A stretch of DNA of 64,000 nt from Patescibacteria group bacterium (GTDB lineage: Bacteria; Patescibacteriota; Patescibacteriia; UBA10025; JAHIVO01): positions 337,073-401,072 of the forward strand of contig JAQULM010000001.1 in assembly GCA_028718605.1 (NCBI GenBank), written 5' to 3'. Numbering within the stretch: position 1 is the first letter of the stretch; the number at the start of each line of letters is the position of its first letter. This document shows, in pieces, positions 1 to 9,917 of this stretch. The position numbers were made by a program, and so were the translations under genes. Under the pieces are notes generated by a model. It worked only from the letters and a program-made list of their open reading frames with translations. It was not told where the DNA came from and searched no databases.

Positions 1-452
1 CATGCCGGATCGATGACGATGTAGTGGCCGAAACCAACGCTCCATCCCATCTTTTTTCCGTCTTCTGCCGTTGCCGGCGAGCTCGTCGCTTGCATACCGC
101 CGATGACCTCGCCTGATTCGTTCTTCAGGACTTTCAGGTAAAAATCAAAGTTTCTTTCGCTTGCGTCCGTGCTGTTCTCGCGCATTGCGTTTTGCTGGGC
201 TTCGAGGGTATCGACCTCATCCGGATCAAACGTTCTTTCTAGCAAACCGTGGAACTCGCGTGCTTCCGGGGATTCTGGATCCTTTATTTCTTCGAGAAAA
301 AAACGCATCCCATTCTCGCAGGTAATTTCCAGCCGCCCGTCCGGCAAAAGCTCACGGTTGCGGATTTTTCCCTCATTCTGGGAATGTATTTCCTCTGCAA
401 CTTCAGGTGCGTTCTGGCATGTTTCAACGCCCATAACCAATAAATAATATAT

Positions 453-1085
453 TTATGACGCCAGTTCCTGCAGCACACGCAGGTTCTGCCGCACGTCCCC
501 GCCGCCGAATATCGCCGAGCCGACGGTAATATTGAAAACGCCGACTTTCGCGATTTGCTCGATGGTTTCTTTGCTCGCGCCGCCGTCGAGTGCAACCAGG
601 TGGTCCGGGTGCTGGTTGAGAAATTCGTTGATTTTTTCTAATACCTCCGGATGGAACGCCCTGCCCTGGGCTCCGGGCGTAACGCCCATAAAAAGCACAT
701 TGTCGATCGTCTCCGTATAATCCTCGATTGCGGCGAGCGGGGTTTCTGGATTGATCGCCAGCCCCGGCTCGATCTCCATCTGCTTGATCATGCTGATAAG
801 GTCAGCAGGTTCAGGCACTGCCTCAATATGGAAATAGATTCGCTTCCACTGTTCTGGCTGGAAATACGGGAGCCATGCGGCAGGATCCATGACCATGAGG
901 TGCGCTTCGAGCTTATACGGCGCAGTGAGCTGCCCTGCTTCGTCCGCGGTGATAGAAACCGTATCCACGAACTGTCCGTCCATGAAATCAACTTGCGCCA
1001 GGTCAACGAGGCCAGACAGCGCATTGATCTGCGACTGGGCCTTCAGCGCGTCGTTGGTGAGGATCGCCGGGACAATAACGCTCAT
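453..1085 (-). CDS. rpe: ribulose-phosphate 3-epimerase
   Basis: 210-aa ORF with an ATG start (plus-strand 'cat' at 1083-1085). Carries the Rpe hallmarks 'FMDGQFV', 'HLMVMDP' and a C-terminal 'LDGG...VGSAIF' TIM-barrel phosphate-binding region. Its start overlaps the rpiB stop (ATGA). Confidence 0.85.
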   Translation of the reverse strand: MSVIVPAILTNDALKAQSQINALSGLVDLAQVDFMDGQFVDTVSITADEAGQLTAPYKLEAHLMVMDPAAWLPYFQPEQWKRIYFHIEAVPEPADLISMIKQMEIEPGLAINPETPLAAIEDYTETIDNVLFMGVTPGAQGRAFHPEVLEKINEFLNQHPDHLVALDGGASKETIEQIAKVGVFNITVGSAIFGGGDVRQNLRVLQELAS

Positions 1086-1531
1086 ACGCTCCCCCGTTCA
1101 ATTGCTTTAACTTTTTTCAAACGCCGCACCCGGCGCGACTGCCGATCAAACGGTTCCTTCAGCCACGCGCGCGCGATCTTGGCCGCCATCGGGTACGAAA
1201 CAAAGCCCTGCCCGAGGCACAGGACGTTGGTGTCGTCGTGGATGCGCGATGAGCGCGCGTACGCCGGCGTCATCGCGACGATCGCACGCACGCCGTGCAC
1301 CTTATTCGCCGCCATGCACATCCCCGCGCCGTTGTGGCACACCAAAATCCCCCTGCCGCCCGTGCGCGCCACTTTCAGCGCCACGCGTTTCGCGAAATCA
1401 GGGTAATCATCGACCGGATCGAAAACGTCGTTCCCGAGGTCCTCAACAGGTATGCCAATCCGCTGAAAGTACTCGACGAGCTGCCCTTTCAGCTGGAATC
1501 CTGCATGATCGGCTCCGATAAAAACCTTCAT
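1082..1531 (-). CDS. rpiB: ribose-5-phosphate isomerase B (RpiB/LacAB family)
   Basis: 149-aa ORF. N-terminus 'MKVFIGADHAGFQLK' is the RpiB signature and the size is typical. Translationally coupled to rpe. Confidence 0.85.
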   Translation of the reverse strand: MKVFIGADHAGFQLKGQLVEYFQRIGIPVEDLGNDVFDPVDDYPDFAKRVALKVARTGGRGILVCHNGAGMCMAANKVHGVRAIVAMTPAYARSSRIHDDTNVLCLGQGFVSYPMAAKIARAWLKEPFDRQSRRVRRLKKVKAIERGSV

Positions 1532-1612
1532 ACAGATAATAAATCAGTATCTCTTCCTGCATTCACTATACACGATATTCGGGGATATGAAAACTGCGCA
1601 CAGCGTAAAATT

Positions 1613-2308
1613 CTACGCTCCTAAAACAAAGCGCTCAATGACTTTCGTTACTGACGGATGGCACACCGGGCTCGTCACCACCAATGCAATTTCGCGGATT
1701 TCAACCGTGCCGATGGCAGTATCTTTTAACGAACGCACGGCTTCAAAAAACTGCGCGGACGGCTGCTGCGTGAACCGGCACACATTCACGTTCCCGAAAA
1801 AAACGTCCTCGGAGGCGTACTTCTTGTCGTCTGGCACCCCTGCCTGCTTGAGCGCCTGCCGCACGTCAAGCACCAAATCCCGCAGCATTTCATCCGAGTA
1901 CCCGCGTATTGAGATACTCGTTGGCAGCTGAAAAAGGCCATGGAGTTCAATGCTGAAGGGCTGATGCTTCCGTGTGGCATGGTAGAATGCTTGCCGGGCA
2001 TGCTCGACGTCGCGCCCGGAAAACGGCGGCGGATCTGCGGCAAGCCGCACGTTCCGGATCGTCATATGCAGCGAATCGAGAGGATAATAATACTGGCGGT
2101 TGTCTGCCTGCTGCAGTGGCGCGATGACTGACGTGCCAATGGCTTGACTAATGTCCGATGGGATAAAAACGAGGCCGGTCAGGCACCGGCGTGGGTCAGC
2201 GGCGAAGTCGCCCACCGGATCAATGAGCGTTGACGGCGCCCTGCCTTCCTTGAACCCCCGCTCCATGTCCTCGAAGAGCTCAAACTGGCGTTGCTGGTAT
2301 GTTGTCAT
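1613..2308 (-). CDS. hypothetical protein (possible 2H-phosphoesterase-like; single H-x-T-x motif 'HMTI')
   Basis: 231-aa ORF with an ATG start. Its stop/start overlaps the upstream gene (ATGA coupling). No clear family signature; only one H-x-T/S-x motif is visible. Confidence 0.5.
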   Translation of the reverse strand: MTTYQQRQFELFEDMERGFKEGRAPSTLIDPVGDFAADPRRCLTGLVFIPSDISQAIGTSVIAPLQQADNRQYYYPLDSLHMTIRNVRLAADPPPFSGRDVEHARQAFYHATRKHQPFSIELHGLFQLPTSISIRGYSDEMLRDLVLDVRQALKQAGVPDDKKYASEDVFFGNVNVCRFTQQPSAQFFEAVRSLKDTAIGTVEIREIALVVTSPVCHPSVTKVIERFVLGA

Positions 2309-3357
2309 CGCCTCCGGTAGCGTAAGTGGTCGTACCCGAACCGGACAAAATCCTTGAACGTCGTTTTCAGGAACTGGAAATTGTCAAACTCGGACTCGTA
2401 CCCGACGAGCTCAGCAAAACCGACCCCTGAAACGCGCTTGCCTCCGACAGTTGCGTCAATATCCAGCGGCCCTTCCCAGTAATTAATCGTGCCAAACAGC
2501 ATTTCCTGGCGCGGGACAAGCGCATGCGCTTCCATGGAAATTTTCTGGTCAGGAACTGTTATCTTCCACTGGAGCGGATACCGCGCTTTTGTTTTGGGGC
2601 TCTGCCAGTACGGCTTGAGTGGCTGCACGGCGAGCTTCGAACTGTGCGAAACATGGCCGTCGGGATGCACAATGCCCGCGAGGAGCGTTTTCCGGCCGGT
2701 TTTGCCATACTCGATGCACACGAGTTCCATTGAATTTTCCAGCTGTATGGAAAACCACGTCCACTTGTTCTTTTCGTACGGAACATTTGCCCACTGGTGG
2801 TCCATCCAGGACTTGCCGATAACCGAAATCCAGCGGCCCCGCACGCGGATGCGCCCCTTGGTATGCAGATGGGTCAGCGAATAGTAATACGTCGACTTGC
2901 CGTCCGCGAGCCGGATGTAACCCTTGCCCCCTTCAAGGAGCGGCTTCTTTTTCGATTCCAGTTCCAGCTCAAGGTCCTCGGTTTTTATCCAGTACCGCCC
3001 GGGGCGGGTTTCCACCATCTCATGGTTCGTGTACCTGCTGGTTATCAGCGGATTCATATAATTAATAAACAGCAGCTTCTGCCGGAAACTGTCGTTGGAT
3101 ATCAGAGATACGTAATCAATATGCGGCGTGAACCGCTTTGCGCGCACGTCAGTAAGGAGCGAATGCGAAAAGTAATGCATGGCCACGGGCACCGCTTTGA
3201 TAAAAGGAAAGTTGACCTTTTTTATATCCGCCCGAAACAGGCAATCCATGTACGCATACCGGTTGCCCTGGCGGTCCCATACGTTCCCGTTCCAGTACCA
3301 CCATTCGATGGTATGGTCGTGCACCTGCTCGTCTCGTGGAAATCGTACTGGCTTCAT
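2305..3357 (-). CDS. AttH/CrtC-like lipocalin-domain protein (predicted secreted hydrolase/hydratase family)
   Basis: 350-aa ORF. N-terminal 'FPRDEQVHDHTIEWWYWNGNV' matches the conserved P-x-D...H...EWWY motif of the hydroxyneurosporene synthase (CrtC)/AttH family. Confidence 0.6.
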   Translation of the reverse strand: MKPVRFPRDEQVHDHTIEWWYWNGNVWDRQGNRYAYMDCLFRADIKKVNFPFIKAVPVAMHYFSHSLLTDVRAKRFTPHIDYVSLISNDSFRQKLLFINYMNPLITSRYTNHEMVETRPGRYWIKTEDLELELESKKKPLLEGGKGYIRLADGKSTYYYSLTHLHTKGRIRVRGRWISVIGKSWMDHQWANVPYEKNKWTWFSIQLENSMELVCIEYGKTGRKTLLAGIVHPDGHVSHSSKLAVQPLKPYWQSPKTKARYPLQWKITVPDQKISMEAHALVPRQEMLFGTINYWEGPLDIDATVGGKRVSGVGFAELVGYESEFDNFQFLKTTFKDFVRFGYDHLRYRRR

Positions 3358-3555
3358 ATCGCATTTTCAGTAAACTCAATCGGGGATATCGGCCCTGGAC
3401 TTGCCCTATCATTCGAGAGGGCATCCCATCGGATGATGGGATGAACCCACGGCCTCATGCTCCAGGGCACGTCGGCGGTTCCCGTGTCGCCGTGCCCGCG
3501 CTCGCGGCGCCTTGCATGTGTAATCCAACCACTTAACGTATTATCTAGCTTTGGG

Positions 3556-3629
3556 TCGGGGTGCCGGGACTTGAACCCGGGGCCTCATGCACCCCATGCA
3601 TGCGCGCTAGCCAACTGCGCCACACCCCG
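3556..3629 (-). tRNA. tRNA-Pro (anticodon GGG)
   Basis: The reverse complement folds as a cloverleaf. Acceptor CGGGGTG/CACCCCG gives C1:G72 with discriminator A73, both hallmarks of bacterial tRNA-Pro. D-arm GCGC-AGTTGGCTA-GCGC, anticodon stem CATGC/GCATG with loop ATGGGGT (anticodon GGG), T-arm CCGGG-TTCAAGT-CCCGG. CCA is not encoded (CCC follows). Confidence 0.8.
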
Positions 3630-3667
3630 ACCCAAAGCTACATTATTCCAAGGTATATACAGTATAC

Positions 3668-3725
3668 CGATTTAAAAAAGTATGCACAAATGAATAAAGC
3701 CCCCGCTCGAGGTCGATACGGGGGC
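3668..3725 (-). terminator. rho-independent terminator downstream of small ORF 3763..3990
   Basis: Minus-strand hairpin GCCCCCG-(13 nt)-CGGGGGC at 3699..3725, followed on the minus strand by the T-rich tract CTTTATTCATTTGTGCATACTTTTTT. Confidence 0.5.
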
Positions 3726-3762
3726 TTATGCTTGCAGGGAGAACCAGCTGAGGCGCTGGTGG

Positions 3763-3990
3763 TCATGCTTCCGGGTACGTAAGCGTGCACACTGCCTCGA
3801 TGGTGATTTCGGGGCATCGCTCCAATACTAGCAGCGCGGCCTCCCGCGTTAAGCGCAGCTTCACTTCCTGCCACCCGTTGTGCGCGCTGAGCGTCCCGAG
3901 GACGCTTTCAGCGGCTCCGCCATCCATGTGCGTTTCAGCTGGCAACGGGCTGAATCCGGGGCAATTGTCCAACCCTAAACCTTGTTTCAT
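3763..3990 (-). CDS. hypothetical small protein (75 aa)
   Basis: ATG start confirmed. A strong Shine-Dalgarno AAGGAGG sits 4 nt upstream of the ATG on the minus strand. A hairpin plus T-tract terminator follows about 40 nt downstream of the stop. N-terminal 'LDNCPGF' loosely resembles the TusA-like CPxP motif, which is not convincing. Confidence 0.45.
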   Translation of the reverse strand: MKQGLGLDNCPGFSPLPAETHMDGGAAESVLGTLSAHNGWQEVKLRLTREAALLVLERCPEITIEAVCTLTYPEA

Positions 3991-4140
3991 ATGTCCTCCT
4001 TGTTTGACGAACGTGAACGTTGTTTGTTTATGGTATTTCTTTTTTATTTGCGATCATGCAAAGCCTCGACTTCACGTCGGGCGAAGCATACCTATGAGGG
4101 AAAAAGAGCTGATGAGAAAAAACCGAAGGTTTTGTCTCAT

Positions 4141-4167
4141 AAAAAAACCGAGCCGCTTGCCGGCTCG
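4141..4167 (-). terminator. rho-independent terminator (bidirectional-looking) ending the gatC-gatA-RR-ndk transcript
   Basis: Stem CGAGCCG/CGGCTCG with loop CTTGC. On the minus strand it reads CGAGCCGGCAAGCGGCTCG followed by GTTTTTTT. On the plus strand the hairpin is followed by ACTGTATCCTTTTT. Confidence 0.6.
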
Positions 4168-4199
4168 ACTGTATCCTTTTTAAAATCAACTATCCGATG

Positions 4200-4307
4200 C
4201 TACAGCCCAACCAACAAGCCGCTCACAATAATAATAATGCCAATAACAAGCACGGCGCCGATGACGGTGTAGAGTTCGCTTCGAGTTTTTGCTATGCTGT
4301 GCTCCAT
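4200..4307 (-). CDS. possible 35-aa single-TM peptide (MEHSIAKTRSELYTVIGAVLVIGIIIIVSGLLVGL)
   Basis: Short ATG ORF absent from the supplied track because it is under 60 aa. One hydrophobic helix. The canonical terminator lies immediately downstream on the same strand. No SD. Confidence 0.25.
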   Translation of the reverse strand: MEHSIAKTRSELYTVIGAVLVIGIIIIVSGLLVGL

Positions 4308-4361
4308 ATTTAAATTCAGTTTTCCCAAGTGTAGCACACGCGCTGCGGCTGTCAAATACTA

Positions 4362-4958
4362 CTAAAACATGATATCCTCATCGGCGCGCTTGTATGCATG
4401 GATTTCATTTTTCCTGAACCAGAGCTCCTCTTCAAATTTCGCTTCTTCGACATTCCCTGACGCATGAAGCATATTCCGGACCGTCCTGCCTTTGTTATTG
4501 GCGAGGATCGGCGAATCAAGTGAATAGTCACCGCGAATCGTACCCGGCACGGCAAACCGCGGCAATGTATGCCCTACCATCATCCGCACGTTATCGACGG
4601 CATGCAAACCCTGGAGGAGAATCGCGACGACCGGTCCCGAGCTCAGGAAATCCATATTCCACTTGCGGACCATTTTCCCGATTTCATACGGGTCTTTTGT
4701 CCCGAGCTCTTCGTTGGGATCCTTGCCGTATTCTGCGTAGGTCTTCAGCGTCTTGTTGCCGACAGCAGTGAGATAATCTTTGTTGTCGGAGTAATGCTTC
4801 GCAACCATATCAGCATTGACCCAGACCATTTTCATGGCAGCAATCTTCAAGCCGGCTTTTTCGAAACGTGCGATAATTTCCCCGATGAGGCCGCGCTTGA
4901 CCGTATCTGGCTTGAGTAAAATGACCGATCGTTCATTTTGCGGTTCTGGTTTCGCCAT
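4362..4958 (-). CDS. ndk: nucleoside diphosphate kinase
   Basis: 198-aa ORF. 'RSVILLKPDTVKRGLIGEIIARFEKAGLKI' is the NDK N-terminal signature, and 'NMLHASGNVEEAKFEEELWF' corresponds to the active-site His region. It is a longer-than-usual NDK with insertions. Confidence 0.85.
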   Translation of the reverse strand: MAKPEPQNERSVILLKPDTVKRGLIGEIIARFEKAGLKIAAMKMVWVNADMVAKHYSDNKDYLTAVGNKTLKTYAEYGKDPNEELGTKDPYEIGKMVRKWNMDFLSSGPVVAILLQGLHAVDNVRMMVGHTLPRFAVPGTIRGDYSLDSPILANNKGRTVRNMLHASGNVEEAKFEEELWFRKNEIHAYKRADEDIMF

Positions 4959-4962
4959 AGTA

Positions 4963-5397
4963 TTACTCTTTCTGCATTCGTTTGGTTAGGATATATTTCA
5001 CTTTTTCCACAATTTCAGCCGGTGTGTGGTTTGCCTTAATAAAATAATCATCCGCGCCGAGTTCCCTGCCCTTCTCGACGTCTTCTGACTGGCCGAGGTT
5101 GGTGAGGAGGAGGATGTGGGTATTCGACATATTCGGGTCGCTCTTCAGTTCCTTCAGGACGGCAAATCCGTCGAGCTTGGGCATGATGATATCGAGCAGT
5201 ACGAGGTCAGGCTTCTCGCGCTTGGCGACTTCGAGGCCTTTTGCCCCGTCCTCGGCGCGCATGACCTGCAGCCCTTCCTTAGAAAACTTCGTGATATACA
5301 TGTCAGCGAGCATCTTGTCGTCCTCGACGAGAAGAATTTTCGACTGGAATTTGCTGTCTGTGATTCCGGCTAGTTGGGTTTTGGGGGCTGGTGTCAT
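4963..5397 (-). CDS. single-domain response regulator (CheY-like receiver)
   Basis: 144 aa. 'KILLVEDD', 'LVLLDIIMP', 'LLTN', 'YFIKA' are the receiver acidic pocket, phospho-Asp, Thr and Lys positions. No output domain. Paralog of 28865..29254. Confidence 0.8.
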   Translation of the reverse strand: MTPAPKTQLAGITDSKFQSKILLVEDDKMLADMYITKFSKEGLQVMRAEDGAKGLEVAKREKPDLVLLDIIMPKLDGFAVLKELKSDPNMSNTHILLLTNLGQSEDVEKGRELGADDYFIKANHTPAEIVEKVKYILTKRMQKE

Positions 5398-5457
5398 ATG
5401 CGTGGCGTATTGATAAGTATTGGTTACTTTGTATTGTACCGAACGAAAATGCTCATG

Positions 5458-6927
5458 TCAATTGAGCGGAGGGCGCTTCGTATGCCATTCAGTTGCCTGT
5501 TCATAGGCATAGGCAGCGCGGAGAAGCGCGGCTTCATCAAACGGTTTAGCTATAATCTGGAGCCCGACAGGCAATCCCTTGCTCAATCCGCACGGCAATG
5601 AAATCGCGCAAATGCCCCCGATGTTCGCCGGCACCGTATAGATGTCTGATAAATACATAAGGAGCGGGTCGGTAAATTTTTCACCGAGCTTGAACGCTAT
5701 GCTCGGGGATGTCGGCGTTACGAGGCAGTCAACTTCCTTGAATACTCCCTGGAATTCCTTCGCGATGAGCGCCCGCACTTTCTGCGCCTGCACATAGTAG
5801 CGGTCATGGTACCCTGCGGAGAGCGCAAATGTGCCTAAGATAATGCGGCGCTTTACCTCATCGCCAAGCCCACGCGCCCTGGTTTTTTGGTACACCTCCA
5901 TCAAGGTTTTAACTGATGCTGTTTTATCATTCATTGCCGAATACCCGTACCGTATGCCGTCAAACCGGGCGAGATTTGTCGAAACTTCGGACGTGACAGT
6001 CAACTGGTACACCGCGAGTGCGTATTTCGTCAACGGCAAGCTGACGTCCACAACAGCTGCGCCAAGTTCTTTCAGCTTTTCAATCGCCGCGCGCACCGCA
6101 GCCTCGATCTCGGGATCCATGCCCTCAATAAAATATTCCCGCGGCACGCCGATCTTCATGCCCTTAACCCCGCGCTTGAGGCTATCGATGGAAACCGGCA
6201 CGGTATCGGCCGTTGTAGCGTCATGCGGATCCTTTCCGGCAATCGCATTCAATACCGATGCCGCATCCTCAACGGTTTTTGTAAGCGGCCCGATCTGGTC
6301 GAGCGATGACGTCATCGCCATCAAGCCGTACCGTGAAACGCTGCCGTACGTTGGTTTCAGCCCGACAGTGCCGCAGAACGACGCCGGTTGCCGGATCGAG
6401 CCGCCCGTGTCGGTGCCGAGCGCTCCGACGCACAAATCGGCGGCAACCGCTGCTGCAGAGCCGCCCGATGATCCGCCGGGCACGCGTGCCACGTCCCAGG
6501 GGTTCGCGGTCTTCGCAAACGCCGAATTCTCCGTGGATGAACCCATGGCAAATTCATCCAGGTTCGTTTTACCTAAGAATATTGCACCCGCATCCCGCAA
6601 CTTTGTTATTACTGCCGCGTCGTACGGAGCGACATACTTCTGGAGCGTCTTTGAGCCTGCTGTTGTCACGCTACCTTTCTGGCATATTAAATCTTTTATT
6701 GCAATTGGGATTCCGCAGAGTGGGCCTGCCGTGCCGTCCTGTATGCGCATGTCGGCTTCCCGAGCCTGGCGCAGAGCATTTTCGGCATCAACGCGCAGAT
6801 ACGCATGCAGGGTGGGATCATGCTTCTTGATGCGGGCGAGATAGAATTCCGTGAGTTCAACCGAAGACAGCTCCCGTGTCCGGAGCTTCTCCCTCGCTGC
6901 GGCAATGGTAAGATTCTCATTCTTCAT
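5458..6927 (-). CDS. gatA: Asp-tRNA(Asn)/Glu-tRNA(Gln) amidotransferase subunit A
   Basis: 489 aa. The amidase signature 'GGSSGGSAAAVAA' is present and the N-terminus 'LTIAAAREKLRTRELSSVELTE' is typical of GatA. It overlaps the gatC stop. Confidence 0.9.
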   Translation of the reverse strand: MKNENLTIAAAREKLRTRELSSVELTEFYLARIKKHDPTLHAYLRVDAENALRQAREADMRIQDGTAGPLCGIPIAIKDLICQKGSVTTAGSKTLQKYVAPYDAAVITKLRDAGAIFLGKTNLDEFAMGSSTENSAFAKTANPWDVARVPGGSSGGSAAAVAADLCVGALGTDTGGSIRQPASFCGTVGLKPTYGSVSRYGLMAMTSSLDQIGPLTKTVEDAASVLNAIAGKDPHDATTADTVPVSIDSLKRGVKGMKIGVPREYFIEGMDPEIEAAVRAAIEKLKELGAAVVDVSLPLTKYALAVYQLTVTSEVSTNLARFDGIRYGYSAMNDKTASVKTLMEVYQKTRARGLGDEVKRRIILGTFALSAGYHDRYYVQAQKVRALIAKEFQGVFKEVDCLVTPTSPSIAFKLGEKFTDPLLMYLSDIYTVPANIGGICAISLPCGLSKGLPVGLQIIAKPFDEAALLRAAYAYEQATEWHTKRPPLN

Positions 6928-7222
6928 GCTTTTCGTCGCCCATAACTGGTTTTACTTTATTGAGCTTGCCGAACTGCGCCGGAAATTGATCAGTAGAAAG
7001 CGCAGTGTCCTCGATCTGGTCCATCTGGTCGTGGCGCAGTACATTCGAGGAGCGCGTATGGAATGGCACTTCCGAAACAGAGGAAGTGTCGACCTCCTGA
7101 ATTTCCTTCACGTAGTCTAAAATAGAGGAAATTTGGTCGGCAAATAATTCCTTCTCCAGATCAGTGAGCTCAATCCGGGCAAGCGATGCAAGCTTCTCAA
7201 TATCGCGTTCATTCAGTTCCAT
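6917..7222 (-). CDS. gatC: Asp-tRNA(Asn)/Glu-tRNA(Gln) amidotransferase subunit C
   Basis: About 100 aa from the internal ATG (MELNERDIEKLASLARIELTD...), with a GatC-like N-terminus and 'EVDT..V' motif. It lies immediately upstream of and overlaps gatA. The track's longer version adds six residues (MVYFFC) that look spurious. Confidence 0.8.
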   Translation of the reverse strand: MELNERDIEKLASLARIELTDLEKELFADQISSILDYVKEIQEVDTSSVSEVPFHTRSSNVLRHDQMDQIEDTALSTDQFPAQFGKLNKVKPVMGDEKHEE

Positions 7223-7704
7223 ACAGAAAAAGTATACCATTTATGCGGGAGTTTCAACAAACGTAAACGGGCAGAATCCCCAATGCACGTTTTCCGCGCA
7301 TTTGACACCAAAATATTGAGTTGATACTATACGCCCTACCTGCAAAGAAAGGCAAGGTCGAAGACGCCATTCATTTGGCGGCCCGACGTTAGAGTCGGGT
7401 TCCCCCCTCCTTCGGCCTTGCCGTAAACATACCCCAGGCTCAGAAGAACCATATATACTTCGTGCGACGGCATGCTGGTTCATGAACCTGGGGCCCATTT
7501 TTTTATTTACCAAATAAATAAAACGAGTGATCTTCGGTAAAGACGAGCGCGGCCGCAGAATGCCATGCTTGGAGGAAAAAACAATAAAGAGGTTCGCCTG
7601 CAAAAATGGCTTTCTATGTTTCGGGGTCCGGGGGCCGTTTTTTTATTTGTTATTGATTCTCCTGATCCTTTTCTGCCATCTTCCCGCCCTTATAAAAAAT
7701 TGGT

Positions 7705-7797
7705 CCGGAAATTTAGCGAGGAGAAGCGTCCCGAAAAGGGGCCGAACCCACTCAAGCGAAGCGGTCGTGGGTCGGCAGCGACGACGAGCAAATTTCC
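7705..7797. ncRNA. candidate structured RNA or regulatory element (three-way junction), strand undetermined
   Basis: A 9-bp outer stem CGGAAATTT(7705-7713)/AAATTTCCG(7789-7797) encloses hairpin CCC-GAAAA-GGG and a 10-bp bulged stem GCCGAACCCAC/GTGGGTCGGC (7740-7775). The inner flanks AGCGAGGAGAAGCG and AGCGACGACGAGC are near-symmetric. It sits in a 630-nt non-coding gap. Confidence 0.25.
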
Positions 7798-7832
7798 GAA
7801 TATTTTTTTATATCCGGGCGGCGTCTCTTTTC

Positions 7833-7862
7833 CGTCGCTTTTCTGGACGAGCAGAAAAGCGA
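7833..7862 (-). other. perfect 12-bp inverted repeat (GTCGCTTTTCTG-gacgag-CAGAAAAGCGAC) 6 nt after the ligA stop
   Basis: Seen directly in the sequence. It is not followed by a U-tract on either strand, so it is a non-canonical terminator or a protein-binding palindrome. Confidence 0.35.
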
Positions 7863-7868
7863 CAATGC

Positions 7869-9917
<2,049 letters not shown>

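Noticed and set aside
5831-6844. 337-aa plus-strand ORF overlapping gatA. Also 651..1406 (251 aa) overlapping rpe/rpiB.
   Set aside because: These are antisense to genes with unambiguous conserved signatures (amidase GGSSGGS, Rpe and RpiB motifs). Their products are low-complexity and Arg-rich.
7241-7868. Assignment of the non-coding interval to tmRNA, RNase P RNA or SRP RNA.
   Set aside because: I searched by eye for the universal RNase P P4 motif (AGGAAAGUCCGGGCUCC), the tmRNA tRNA-like ends and ALAA-type tag frame, and the SRP helix-8 GGAA symmetric loop. Only a 9-nt coincidence (GGTCCGGAA) turned up. That is not enough to call any of these families, so only an unclassified structured element is reported.
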